From the IMG/VR virus record IMGVR_UViG_3300045125_000119, positions 82,165 to 146,164 of that record: DNA of 64,000 nucleotides; one strand, written 5' to 3'. The position numbers and the translations under genes are program-made. Each line of letters begins with the position of its first letter. Positions within the stretch are counted from its first letter, which is position 1. Below, piece after piece: positions 33,918 through 45,314 of this stretch. The notes under the pieces are model-generated. The model made no database searches and was not told the origin of the DNA. It worked only from the letters and a program-made list of their open reading frames with translations. This stretch comes from a virus.

Positions 33918-34934
33918 ATGGAAGACAAAAAACCTTATATTGATTGTTCTTATGTTCGTCGGTTCGGAGCGGAAATCGAAATAAATGCCTTGGACGGGCG
34001 AAGCAAGCCGGTTTTGAAGGCGCACTACCAGACGGCATACACTTCGTCGGAAACCTAGTGCGTAAAACGACTTCCGAGAAAGTGATCGTTCACAAATGGG
34101 GCCACGACCACAACAACGACTCGTGGGTGGTAAAGCCCGACGGCAGTTGCGGGATGGAAGTGTGCAGTCCGGTTTGCAAAGGTTGGCACGGACTGAAGCG
34201 GGTTTGCAAGGTTATTGAAGCTTTTTCCAATGAGCCGAAGATAAGTGCCGATCACCGGTGTTCGTTGCACGTTCACATAGACGTTAGTGATCTGTCGATT
34301 GAGCAGTTGTGTTCTGTGATTGCGTGGTGGGTGAAGTGTGAGCCTGTTTTCCTCGATTCGGTGCCTCCCAGCAGGAAAAAGAACCGGTACTGTCAGTTCA
34401 TCGGCTTGTGGGATTTGTTCGAGGAAAACTCGACTTTAAGCATGGATCAGCTTATCAAAAAGTTCGGCAACTCCAAGTACGGCTCACTGAACACATACCA
34501 TCTGAAAATGGGTAAGCGGCAGACAATTGAGTTCCGTATTATGGAGGGTGATTGCTGCAAAAATCCCTATATGGCTAAAAATTGGCTGCGACTGCTGGTG
34601 CATTTTGTCGAGCCGCACCTGCAAGCTGCCGCCCCCGGCCGAATACCGAGAAGGTGATTCTATGAGCGGGTGGTGTTGGCTCGATCCGCACGACGTTTTC
34701 AAGGTTCTGGGACTCGGCGGCGATTACGAGTTGTCTCCCGGACTGATACAGGTTAGAAATTGGTTTTTGAGCCGTTTGTTGCACAATTGCACTTCGGGAT
34801 CAGAAGGATCGGTTTTGAGCGAAAAAGCCCGACAATTTGCCTATTCTCAGTACAAAGAGATGTACCTAAATTTCGGATTAAATATCATGCCTCCGAACGA
34901 TCTGGAGGTACGCTTTGTACGACGATATCTTTAG
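33918..34934 (+). CDS. Putative amidoligase (COOH-NH2 ligase family); frameshifted
   Basis: RRFGAEIE, WVVKPDGS.GMEVCSP, CSLHVHID, TIEFR. Confidence 0.8.
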
Positions 34935-34966
34935 AAATTGAGACTATATACTAAGGAGAGGCAAAT

Positions 34967-35409
34967 ATGCAACATATCAGTTTGGACGAGACGATTGAGC
35001 AAATGCGGGCGATGGGAGAGCAGTTGGTGCCTTTCAACAGCCCGACCAGTGAGACTGATTTGCACGTCATAAAGACACGGGATGTGACTGTCGAAGGGTA
35101 CGATTTGGTTTTGTACTATACCAAAAACAAGCACGAAACTCATCGTACCGAGATTTTGCAAATATACGGCAAGACGGCTCCTTTCTTGCCCTTCTTTCTG
35201 ATCTGTAAGCTTGCGAAGAAGTTCTTGGGCGAAGCCGAACTGAGTTTGGTCGAATTGTTCCGGGGAATCGAAAAGTCTACTGTTGGACGGTCAGCCTAGA
35301 CGACGATGGCAAGCCGATCCCTTCACCCTACGATGCCGAAGCCGAAGATTGTACTTACGAAGGTTTTCGATACTCGTACTTGCAGCCGAGTCAGGTTAAT
35401 TTTTATTGA
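34967..35409 (+). CDS. Hypothetical protein; frameshifted
   Basis: ACTATATA motif and AAGGAG Shine-Dalgarno upstream. Confidence 0.5.
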
Positions 35410-35443
35410 TGTCGGAGTACCATATATAAATTAAAGGAGTAAC

Positions 35444-35875
35444 ATGGGAGCGTCATCAGTAACAGGGGTTGGTCAGACATCGGCACGCAAGAGAATTGCG
35501 TACAGAGATGAAGAATCTGTTTCTAACGTAGACTTAAATCCAAAGGTGGTGGCGGCTGGCCTACTGACATTGGACGGCTCAGGGGCAGGGTCCGTACCTT
35601 TTGTTGATTTTTACGGTACTCTCGTAGCATCTTGTGATTCTGGAGGCTGTTCTTGGAATGCGACTGTAGAAATAGCTGTGGGCACTTCCTATCAAACAGG
35701 CGATGCTGATTATGCTGCAATAAGATGGCAAGTTTTGTGCGACGATCCAGTATTTTCTCGTTCCCAACTTTTAAGTGGCACCGCTCAAAAACCAGCGTGC
35801 TTAATTTCATTCAGTGGCGAACCAAATGCAACAATAAGTTACATCGTATCCACCACGGGCAATAGACATTCTTAA
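35444..35875 (+). CDS. Putative small virion protein
   Basis: MGASSVTGVG start, beta-rich sequence, CATATATA motif and AAGGAG Shine-Dalgarno. Confidence 0.5.
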   Translation: MGASSVTGVGQTSARKRIAYRDEESVSNVDLNPKVVAAGLLTLDGSGAGSVPFVDFYGTLVASCDSGGCSWNATVEIAVGTSYQTGDADYAAIRWQVLCDDPVFSRSQLLSGTAQKPACLISFSGEPNATISYIVSTTGNRHS

Positions 35876-35889
35876 AAAACCACCCCCGC

Positions 35890-36310
35890 TTACTGGCGGG
35901 GGTGTTCTTTGGTATTTCCAATTGTGCTGTGGAAGCATTTGGCAAAACCTTCGGGCGGCAAGGTGTACGGGCTGTTGACCGGCAATCCGAGTTCCAGCCG
36001 TATTTCTTCCAGTCTCTTGCTGAAGCAGTTCAACCACCAGTAAGTCGCACTGTGGTGAATCACGTTGTCGTAGGCGAAATCGACCTCTTCGCCCTCGTAT
36101 TTCCCCCAAAACTCCACGTTCGGAGGGACTTCCTTGCGAACCACCGAAATGTGAGGTGCGTACATCTGCTTGTTCAGTTGAACCATACCGAGCGGGATCA
36201 GCCCGGTAGTATTCACTGATTCCGGGGTCAATATCGACAACCAGCCGGTAGCCGACGTTTTCGCCCGGCTGGTTGTATTTCAATATTCCCTTCGACCAAT
36301 ATAGTGTCAT
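35890..36310 (-). CDS. 2H phosphoesterase; frameshifted
   Basis: Two HxS/T motifs: PHISV and FHSTI. Confidence 0.65.
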
Positions 36311-37530
36311 TGGCCCCTCCGAAAGTTCTCGTTTTCAACTTGGGCCATTGCATCGGCGATGGCTTTTCCGCTCAGGTGTAAGAAGTCTTGCGCCCGTGCG
36401 ACCGGCTGGTACTGTAAGAAGTATTCGACGCCCATTCCGGCGATCTGTCCGAAATCACGAACGTCTTGCTCCATTTCAGCCTTTGCCGATTCCGCCCCTT
36501 CTTTGAGTTGCTTGTAAAGGTCACGAAGTTTCAGAAGCGGAACGACGTTGCCCCCTTGAGCAGCTTCACGAGGAAGTTCACACGGTCGGACACATCGTTG
36601 GCGTACTTCAGATCGTTCAACTTCTTGCGGATGTCTTCGTTGCCCTTGAGCAACCACGCCAATACCGCTTTGGGATTTCGGCAATTCCCAAGGCATTCTA
36701 CATCATGAAGATCGACCTTCAACTTCGGAAACACCGCTGGCATCAGACCGAGTGCTTCGTAGTTTTTGACGTAAGCAATGGGACTCATCGCTTTCGACAA
36801 CCCTGCGGAAAACTCGTTCACGATGCGTTCGGCCGACACACCTTTCAGGTCACGGAACTTCCGAACCGCTTCTACGGTTTGAGCATCGAGCGATTCGAGA
36901 ACGCTCCCGGAACTGAATCGGGAGTGGAACCGAACAAGTCGTGGGATGCGTAACTTGTCCTCACGAAATCTGAGGGCGGCGTCTCCGACCGGTCGAACCA
37001 CGAGGTTCTTGATGTCGTCAAAGCCCTGACCACGTCCCTCTGCGTTAAGGTTGTAGTCCCGGATTTCCTTCGCCTTCAAACTGTAGAACAGAGCGTTGAA
37101 AGTCAGGTCACGCCGAGCGGCATCCCAACCCGGACTGCTGTAAACAACTTTGGTCGGGTGCCGTCCGTCGCCCTTGTCCGGGTCGTAGTATTCGTCCCGG
37201 AAGGTGGCGATTTCGTACTCTTTGCCGTCCATCACGGCAGAAATCACTCCGAAAGACTCGCCCTTCGGGAAGCACTTGATCCCCAGACTTTGTGCTTCCG
37301 GCGAACGAAAGAACTTGGTTCACTTCGTAGGGGAGCGCCTCGGTCGCAAGGTCAACGTCTTTCGGGTCGAACTTGCTGCCGTGATGGAGACTGTGCATGA
37401 AGTCACGCACGACCCCGCCGACGGCGAACAATTCGTGCCCATGTTTCTCAAACAGTTGACTAAGGGTCACAACTGCTTGTGGCATGGGGACTTCGGTCTT
37501 GAGCGAATCGTAAGTGTACTTTGGGGTCAT
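36307..37530 (-). CDS. cca: CCA tRNA nucleotidyltransferase / poly(A) polymerase family; frameshifted
   Basis: AVGGVVRD, KDVDLAT, EIATFR, DAARRDLTFNALFY, RFREDKLRIPRLVRF, VSAERI. Confidence 0.88.
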
Positions 37531-37667
37531 TTTTGGTTCTCCTTCTCTGGAATAGACGGGGAAATCGCTGCTAGGTTCAACATCTTCTGGCGATTTCCTT
37601 GCTCTGGTTGGATACATACTTGGACGACCGGCTGCGGTCGGTCGCATCCTTTTTGAGAGGGTCCAAC

Positions 37668-37970
37668 ATGAGCAGCAAGAGCAAAATCCAATCACTTCTC
37701 GTCACCCACCTGATGAAGCACGGCCAGATCGAGATTAAATTGCCAGACGGCGTTGTGCTAGAAATAGGCGTAACGCAAGAGGGCAAGGACGGCGAGTTGG
37801 AAGTCAAGGATAATTACTGTTGGGTTATCGCCAGTCGAGAAAAACGTTCTGCCTGTATGGATTCTTATAATATGGGGTTGCGTTTCGAGGACAACGCCGA
37901 TATATTTGTATTTGAAGACCGGTTCACAGACGCTTCGGGCGAAGCGGTTCGCCGACTAGACGTGGTCTGA
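37668..37970 (+). CDS. Hypothetical protein
   Basis: ORF with GAGG Shine-Dalgarno and GATACATA upstream. Confidence 0.5.
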   Translation: MSSKSKIQSLLVTHLMKHGQIEIKLPDGVVLEIGVTQEGKDGELEVKDNYCWVIASREKRSACMDSYNMGLRFEDNADIFVFEDRFTDASGEAVRRLDVV

Positions 37971-38309
37971 TCGGCAATATAAATTGCCCAAAGTGGATAT
38001 GTGAGACAGTTCGCCCTTGTTCGAGAGATATAATTCACAGGTGCCCACGGCAGTATTGTTGTCGATGGGCACCGCAAACTCGGCCCACAGGATAAAGCCT
38101 TCGGGAACGATGTGGAATCTGGACACTGTAATTTGTGTGCCCTTGTGTTTCACTTCGCTATCAGAAAGTATGGCAAACGAGTTGATCCGATCACGGACGG
38201 TTTGCAAGGTGAACGCCATGAATTTCGACCGGTCGAGGAACTTCGTCCAGTTTGCGATCAACAATTCTTCCAATTTTCCCTCTTCGAGAACGTCTCTCAT
38301 TGTTTCCAT
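37956..38309 (-). CDS. Hypothetical protein
   Basis: 117-aa ORF. Confidence 0.5.
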   Translation of the reverse strand: METMRDVLEEGKLEELLIANWTKFLDRSKFMAFTLQTVRDRINSFAILSDSEVKHKGTQITVSRFHIVPEGFILWAEFAVPIDNNTAVGTCELYLSNKGELSHISTLGNLYCRSDHV

Positions 38310-38320
38310 AAGGATGCACC

Positions 38321-38575
38321 ATGAAAAAGCCTGATACCCTTCTAAGGGAGTATGTCCAGCGTCTTTCTGACGACAACCTGAAGTGGGTCACGGGTCGTTT
38401 GACCCAAAGACTTACTGGAGACATCCCAGAGGCATTGGATTTCTTTTCCGCTGCCCACGACGTAGACCGCTGGTTCGCCTCGGCCAAGTCGTGCTGGGAA
38501 CTGTTTGACATGGTTGATTTGATGCAACGCTATACCGACAAAGAATACGCCAAACGATTCGGCGAAGCGGCGTAA
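38321..38575 (+). CDS. Hypothetical protein
   Basis: 84-aa helical ORF with AAGGA Shine-Dalgarno. Confidence 0.55.
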   Translation: MKKPDTLLREYVQRLSDDNLKWVTGRLTQRLTGDIPEALDFFSAAHDVDRWFASAKSCWELFDMVDLMQRYTDKEYAKRFGEAA

Positions 38576-38617
38576 TCAAGCTTGCAATTTGTTTATTTTT
38601 AGCTACCCTGGAGGCTA

Positions 38618-40670
38618 ATGACCAAACCCAAGGAAAGTGAAATGCCGCCGATCATCAAACTGGAAGATCAGCCCGTTTGTGTTGCGACGAGCGAATACCC
38701 TTATGCGAAGTGGAAGTACGAAAAGTTCAACCCTCCTCAAAGTCAGGTGTTCGAGCGTTACGACAAAGACAACAACGGGCTGATTGCCGCCATGACATCG
38801 GCTGGCAAGACCACTATTGCCGAGATGTTCTTGAGTCACGAAATCCGTGTCCGTGGCGGCAAAGGCATGTTCCTTGCGCCGCTCCGGGCACTCGCTCAAG
38901 AAAAGATTGATGAGTGGACCGACAAGGACTACCATTTTGCCGACAGGAAAATCTCAATTTGCACGGGCGACTACCGTCTCACCAAAGACCGTGCAAAAGA
39001 ATTGAAGCGAAGCCGACCTCATCATTATGAGTACGGAAATGCTCAATCACCGTAGTCGCAATTACAAGGCCGAACAGAACGAGTGGCTCAAGGACGTTGG
39101 CACACTCGTCATTGACGAAAGTCACCTGCTCACCGTTCCCGGTCGGGGCGATCACCTCGAAGTCGGGCTGATGAAGTTCACCGAAATCAACCCCAACGCT
39201 CGTCTCGTGTTGCTCAGTGCCACGATGCCGAACGTCGAGGAAATTGCCGAGTGGGTTTCTTACGCCTTGACCAAAAAAGACACCTTCTGTCTCAGAAGTA
39301 AATATCGGCCGTGCCCGCTCAACACCCACTACGAGTCGTATTACGACGGGTATCGCAAATACGACGATATCGAGGGTGAAAAGGTGTCCAAGGCTTTGGA
39401 TATCATCGAATATTACGATCAGGACAAATTCCTCGTATTTGCTCATACCAAGCGAACCGGGGAACTGATGAAGCAGGCTTGTAAACTTGCCGGGATTCCG
39501 TGCGAGTTTCACAACGCCAACTTGGAGAAGAAAGACCGCATCGCACTCGAACAGAAGTTCCGTACAGACCCCAAACTTCGGGTCATTGTGGCTACGCCGA
39601 CGTTGGCTTGGGGGCTTAACATGCCCCGCCCGCCGGGTCATCATCCTCGGAGTCCACCGTGGACTTGAGGAAGTCGAAACCTACAACATCACTCAGATGA
39701 TCGGTCGCTCCGGGCGGGTCGGCCTGGACCCGCAGGGCGATGCGTATATCCTCTTGCCTGAGAGCAAGATGGACATTCACAAGAATCGCCTGAAAGTCCC
39801 ACCAAGGATCGAGAGCCAGTTGCTTTCAAAAGAGGCGATCACCACAAGGTCTTGGCCTTCCATTTGGTCAGCGAGATTCACCACGGATACATCAAGACCA
39901 ACGACGACGTTCACAACTGGTACAAGCGGTCCTTGGCCTCGTTCCAAAACAAGGCTCTGGACGATACTGTTGTTGACAAGAACGATGGACTTGTTGAAGA
40001 AGGTGGGGGCCATTTGGGAAGAAAACAGCGAGTACAGTGCCACCACGGTCGGGCAAGTAGCCAGCATGTTCTATTTCAGTCCGTTTGATGTGAGTGATTT
40101 GAAGAAGAACTTCAACGACTTGTTCGCCAACAAGAATCAAGACAACGATTACTGGCTTTCGATGGCCCTCGGTAATATCGACGGTCAGCGTATGAACATC
40201 GTGTCTAAAGCGGAAAAGGACGAGATGTCCATGTACCACACGAAGGTGCGTGAACTTCTCGGCACGAGGTTCTACAACGATGCGGCCGTCAAAGCGGGTT
40301 TCTGTTATTTCCAACTTTTGAACGGGAACAACAGCGGCGTCCTTTCCGCCATGCAGAGAAACCTTCCAGTTCGATTACAACCGGTTGTCTCAGGTTCTAA
40401 TTGCGTTGGATTCAATGGGCTGTAAGTGGAATAAGTCTGCGTGGTTCAGAGGCATCGAGCAGAGAATCGCTCACGGCGTTCCGATGTATTTGATCGACCT
40501 GTGTCGAGTCGGAAATATTGGAAAGGCTCGTGCCAGGAAACTCTACGACAACGACATCAAAACGGTGTCCGAGTTGGCCGATCTGGACCCGGCGAAGGCG
40601 AAGAAGCTGCTCAACATGAAAGACGATGCTGTAAACGCTATTCTGTCCGAAGCGAAGCAGCTTGATTTAG
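38618..40670 (+). CDS. Ski2/Hel308-like SF2 helicase; frameshifted
   Basis: TSAGKT, APLRALA, IDESH, LSAT, ATPTLAWGLN, QMIGRSGR, C-terminal HhH (NIGKARARKL). Confidence 0.9.
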
Positions 40671-41482
40671 CTTGGATAAGTGCCTGCCTGATTTGTGCAG
40701 TTTTGGCACTGGTTGCAGTTGGTGCCGGGCGGTTGGCGAAAAGTGGCTTCGCCGTCGGTGAGGTAGATGTCCGAATACCCAGCCGCCTGATTAGCCATCC
40801 ATTTTTCTGGGACGTAAATCTGGTGCATGGGCTGGAGTCCGGCCCATGCCTTGTCAATGTGTTCGTTGCTACTTTTGAATATATCGTAAAGTGTCTTGAT
40901 GTAGCTGCCACGCACCCAATAAGCGTGGGTGCGGTGACAGTTTGTGGCTTTGAACACTTCTCCGACCGGAACCGGCTGGCTCATATGTTGCCCGCCCAAG
41001 AACAGAGCGTGCCAGTTCTGCGGCACAGCGGATAGGAACTTCTCAAGGCGTTTTTTGAAGTCGTTCGGGAACACGCAATCGTCTTCGTAAACGCCCACAC
41101 ATTTCACCCCGTTTTGTATGCACTCTTCGAGGACTTTCATGTGGCTCAACTTGCACCCGTATGCGCCTGGGCCACCGTTGAATGATGCCGGAACCTCGAT
41201 ATTTTTGCCCTCAACGGCCTGAAATACGTTGATTCTGAATCCCGTTTTCTTCGCCTCTTTGACGAACTCTTTTAGCCGATCCGTCCGACGTTTCAAGTTG
41301 ATGACGTAGTGTCGTTCCGGCCTAGTCGGGGCGTCTGTTTCGCTTTGAAGAACGGACGCCATTTGTGAGTACGCTTCCGTTCTCTCGGAATCCTCGACCC
41401 AGAGAGTTTTGTACCTCTCGTCGTTGTGCCAAAGCCAACACAGTCTGCAATTTTCGGTATCGCACTCACACGGTCTTGGCAT
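40667..41482 (-). CDS. GT25 glycosyltransferase with Cys-rich N-terminus
   Basis: YVINLKRRTDR, GAYGCKLSH, YEDDC, THAY. Confidence 0.85.
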   Translation of the reverse strand: MPRPCECDTENCRLCWLWHNDERYKTLWVEDSERTEAYSQMASVLQSETDAPTRPERHYVINLKRRTDRLKEFVKEAKKTGFRINVFQAVEGKNIEVPASFNGGPGAYGCKLSHMKVLEECIQNGVKCVGVYEDDCVFPNDFKKRLEKFLSAVPQNWHALFLGGQHMSQPVPVGEVFKATNCHRTHAYWVRGSYIKTLYDIFKSSNEHIDKAWAGLQPMHQIYVPEKWMANQAAGYSDIYLTDGEATFRQPPGTNCNQCQNCTNQAGTYPS

Positions 41483-41483
41483 G

Positions 41484-42108
41484 TTACTCCGTTATCAGGA
41501 ATTTCGAGTTGCTGTAAGCGGCCGATATCAGATTGCCCATCATGAAAAACGGCTCTGTGTTCGCCGGAACGCCTTTTGTTTTAGTTACTGATCCAAGCCG
41601 GTTTTCTTCGAGAACCCAAGTTTCCAGGCCGTTCTCTTTGTAAAGTCTGAAGAAGCATGTGCCGTCGTCCACGCTTTGCCAAAAGCCCCGCTCCATATGA
41701 GCGGAACTGTTTTTATCGGGTAATTGGTGAGGCTCAGGTACAAACCTTTCATTTTCTTTACCTCTCCCGTCTCGACAATCTTTTTTCAACGAGGAGGAAG
41801 GATGTAGCACAAATGGTTATCGCTACATCCCCAGGATTGCCAACTCCGTCGGGGTAAGTGCAAGCACAAACTCCTGTGCAGTCATCTGAGACTAAATGCC
41901 AACTGCCGAGTTTGCCGTCCCAAGAATAAGTGCAACTTCCACAACCCCTCCACCACCGCCGCCACCACTACTGCTGCAACAATTGCAACAATTCGCCCAA
42001 CAGTCAGTTCCACCGGCTGCGAGCGCACTGACCATTTGCGATTTAGTTTGTTTTAGCCTTTGACGCACTCGTGCTGCGAGTACGTCACGATTGACTTTTA
42101 CGATTGGC
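41484..42108 (-). CDS. Cys/Gly-rich hypothetical protein; frameshifted
   Basis: NCCNCCSSSGGGGGGG and further cysteine clusters. Confidence 0.4.
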
Positions 42109-42440
42109 ATTATCGGTTAGTCTCATCCCCAAAGAATCCTTCCGGGTATTCTATCTTTACATTCCCTTTGGCGGCGGGTTTGCCCTTTTCGTCTTCGACC
42201 CACCACCGTACTTGTTGAACTTCAATACCCAACTCGTCCATGTGACATCGGTCGTTCGGGAACACCGGAAGGTGATATTCCTTCCTTCGACCAGTACGGC
42301 CACTTTGCACTGACCACGGGTATGGTCGTAAAGCAGACAGTTTTTGCACAGCGGTTCGATATCTTTCTTTTTCATTTCGTATTTCCTTCACAGTATTCTA
42401 CCGGTATAATCATACCCATTCTCCCTTTTAGGAGTTTCCG

Positions 42441-43067
42441 ATGCAGGTTATCGGTATCGCCGGACAATTGGGTAATGGCAAAGACGTGCTGGCCGACTAT
42501 TTGGTCGAACGACTAAATTCGGTCGATCCCGGCTGGAATCGCAGTGCTTTTGCGAACGCCGTTAAGGATATATTCTGTAGTTCTTTTGGCGTGGACCGCC
42601 AGTTCATCGAAGATTGGAAACGCAATCCAGAACCCCCAGAAGGGTTCTTGAAAAATATTCGCCAAAGCCTTCAGTTCATTGGCGACGGGTTCCGGCAGAT
42701 CAGGGGCAACATCTGGATCGAAATTGCCCTAAGAGATGAATCCAAAAAGCTTATCATTTCCGATTCGAGGTACATTAACGAAGCCAAGGCGGTCAGAGCC
42801 AAAGGCGGGGTGATGGTCGTGCTGTATCGGCCGGGTTTCATGAACGACGATCCGAACCCTTCCGAAGCTCAAATCAAGCCGATTGTCGAGTGGTGCAATA
42901 ATCACCTTGAGGATGGGCCGATTTTTTCTCAAGTCGGGTCCGATTTTCCAAGCGATTTGCAATATTACGACCTGTTTATCAGGAACGACGGCACCATCGA
43001 ACAAATGTACGAAAAGATCGACAGGATCGTGGTGCCGTATTTGAAAGAGAAGTTCAGTCGGGTTTGA
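42441..43067 (+). CDS. Deoxynucleoside monophosphate kinase (T4 gp1-like)
   Basis: IGIAGQLGNGKD, FANAVK, RQSLQFIG, ISDSRYINEA. Confidence 0.85.
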   Translation: MQVIGIAGQLGNGKDVLADYLVERLNSVDPGWNRSAFANAVKDIFCSSFGVDRQFIEDWKRNPEPPEGFLKNIRQSLQFIGDGFRQIRGNIWIEIALRDESKKLIISDSRYINEAKAVRAKGGVMVVLYRPGFMNDDPNPSEAQIKPIVEWCNNHLEDGPIFSQVGSDFPSDLQYYDLFIRNDGTIEQMYEKIDRIVVPYLKEKFSRV

Positions 43068-43234
43068 TTTCAATTACGATGGTCGGCCGGATTACTGATA
43101 TTTCCATGACCGTTTCTTTTCCGGCCAATCCCCAAGTAAGTTGGCCCAGGTCCGGGTGCCAGCCCCGGACCCATCGCCGAACGAATCGGTAGCAGCCTTT
43201 TTCGCTTATAATATGCTCGTCAAGAATTTCGATG

Positions 43235-43916
43235 TCATTCGGCTTGTCCATTAAAGCCTCGAACTCTTTGCTTGAGTTTTCCAATTCCGACCTCAGTTAT
43301 CACCACAAAATCCCAACCACGGGCTTCGCAGTGTTGTTGGCACGCCGTCCATTTGGCCTGATTAACTGCCAGATGAGTTTGGTTTGCCGGTTTAATCTCC
43401 CAAATTTCAACATGGCCGTCATCAAATACTATGCTCAGGTCCGGGTTGTATTCGTGTACGTCGCCGTTAATCGAGTATTTTATAGCAAATGGCTCGACAT
43501 CATATTTAATCACTTCCGGCATCTGTTCCAGACACTCGTAAACCTCGCACTCTTTTCCAGAGCGGTAGTGCATTTCTCTGCCGCCATTTTTGTTTGACAC
43601 CAAATATCCTTCACGGAATTTCGGTCGTCTAGCTTTTAGCTTGCCGTCCTTCCCCGACTGATCCTTCCAGATCATTGCTTTCATTTGGCCGCACTTCGGC
43701 ACCGTTTCAGAGGGGTGCTTGGCCTTGAAGTGCATACGAATGTCCCGAACGGGGGCACCGCAGCGGGCGAGGGGGACAAATGACGAATTCTCGACCTTCG
43801 TCGTGCGTTTCGACTATGTGAGTTTTGAACTCCTCGAATTCGGTAAATTGAACCCCGCAGACGAAGCACTGAAACTTCTGCTTGCCGTCGTCTTTGGGAA
43901 ATGGAAAGTTACTCAT
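43235..43916 (-). CDS. C2H2 zinc finger fused to TnsA/gp4-like PD-(D/E)xK nuclease; frameshifted
   Basis: CFVC-x12-HIVETH; YRSGKE, YNPDL, EIKP. Confidence 0.75.
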
Positions 43917-44300
43917 TTGTTTTTCTTCTTCTTGGTCGGCTTTTTCTTCCTCTTCATCAATTCATCGACCGCCATATCACGGTCGAGTAATTCAAGACCC
44001 GGTAAGTCCTTGGAGCCGAACATAGTTTCGATACGCTGTCCTAGCAGCGATTGCATGAGGTTGAGGGCAACTGAACTTGGCGTCGTCTTTCCAGTTCGGG
44101 TGCATGTCGTCGTCGTTGCTCTTGAGTTTGGCAAAGACAAGACGGCTCTCTTCGGGGGCACCGAAGAGTTCGTCCCCACGTCGAAAGAACATAATGCACT
44201 GGTTCCCGTCCAAGTGGTCCCCGATGGAGTTCCGTTCGTCTTCCAAGGCGACGTACTGGTCCCATCTGTCCATAAGTAGCCGGAAGCTGCTGAAGCCGGG
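43913..44300 (-). CDS. Hypothetical protein; frameshifted
   Basis: Overlapping minus-strand ORFs. Confidence 0.45.
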
Positions 44301-44350
44301 TGAAATCATTTGGCTCCTAAATATCATTGTCCGATGTTTATATACGTCAT

Positions 44351-44846
44351 ATGCGGGCTAATTTATCAGGCTTCAAACGGTTCGTATTTGAAGAAATGGA
44401 CCCTTCTATGGATAAGAAGGTGAGCGGTTCTTCTGCGCCCACCGATGCGGGCAAAATGGATTATTTCGGTGGCCTCGGCGACGAGATGGGAATGGAGTGG
44501 CAAGACATCGTTACGGCTCTCGAAGGCGAGCCGTGGGTTTCTACCCATTTCGGACTCGGCGAGACGCTTTACAAACGATCCGCTTGGAAGATCGTCCCCG
44601 GAACGCTCACCAAGAACGGTGCCGCAATTCGGCTGGTGCCACAGGCCGGGGATCGAAGCTACAAAGGGACGAAGGACGGGACGATGCTCAATAAGGGCAA
44701 ACCCGACAGTCGTCAGTATTGGCTGGACCGCCAAGGACTTATTGATTTCCTCACCAAAGGTTGGACCCCGGCCGTGCAAGCGGCTCAGGGCGGCGGTGCG
44801 GCCGGAGCAGCAGGAGGAGGCGCGGGAGCGCACGCCGATGATGTGA
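44351..44846 (+). CDS. Putative head-internal protein
   Basis: TTTATATA-N6-ATG; starts MRANLSGFKRFVFEE. Confidence 0.55.
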
Positions 44847-45050
44847 TGAATTTCAAGGAATGGCTAAAAATACAAGAGGTCGGGACCCGGAACAAACGCA
44901 ATAGCCGTATTTTCTCGGCGTTTGTTCGATGAACCCGTTCGACGTGCAACTCACGACGAGTTTATCCTTGGCGGTCAAATTCAAAACAAAAAAGACAAAA
45001 AGGCCAGTCGCAGGCAACGATTGGGAAGGGCAGATAGTTTCTTGACTTGA
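44846..45050 (+). CDS. Small putative head-internal protein; frameshifted
   Basis: Starts MNFKEWLKIQE. Confidence 0.5.
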
Positions 45051-45314
45051 CCCCGATATTTGATTTCTTTACTATACTCCTGTGTTGAACAGGAGTTTTT
45101 TCGTGTACAACCCGTGGGTCGTTCGTGGTCAAATGAGGCGTATAGCCCAATTCTTGGGGCGGTTCATCGGTTTGGATTACCGTGAATACGTCAGGACTCT
45201 GTGCGAGGAAGTGTGCAAGCACCCAGATTGGCGGCACGATTATTTTGTCATCTTGATCGACAACGACAGTCAGAGTTTGATACGGAAAATAGAAATCAGA
45301 GAGCAAGAACTATA

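Noticed and set aside
40670-41035. C-terminal extension of the helicase ORF
   Set aside because: It overlaps the well-supported antisense GT25 gene; a stop codon was probably lost to an indel.
45003-45022. GCCAGTCGCAGGCAA, which recalls a segment of the raiA-motif RNA
   Set aside because: It lies inside the reading frame of the MNFKEWL gene (..KASRRQRLG..), the flanking raiA structure is not evident, and the match rests on memory.
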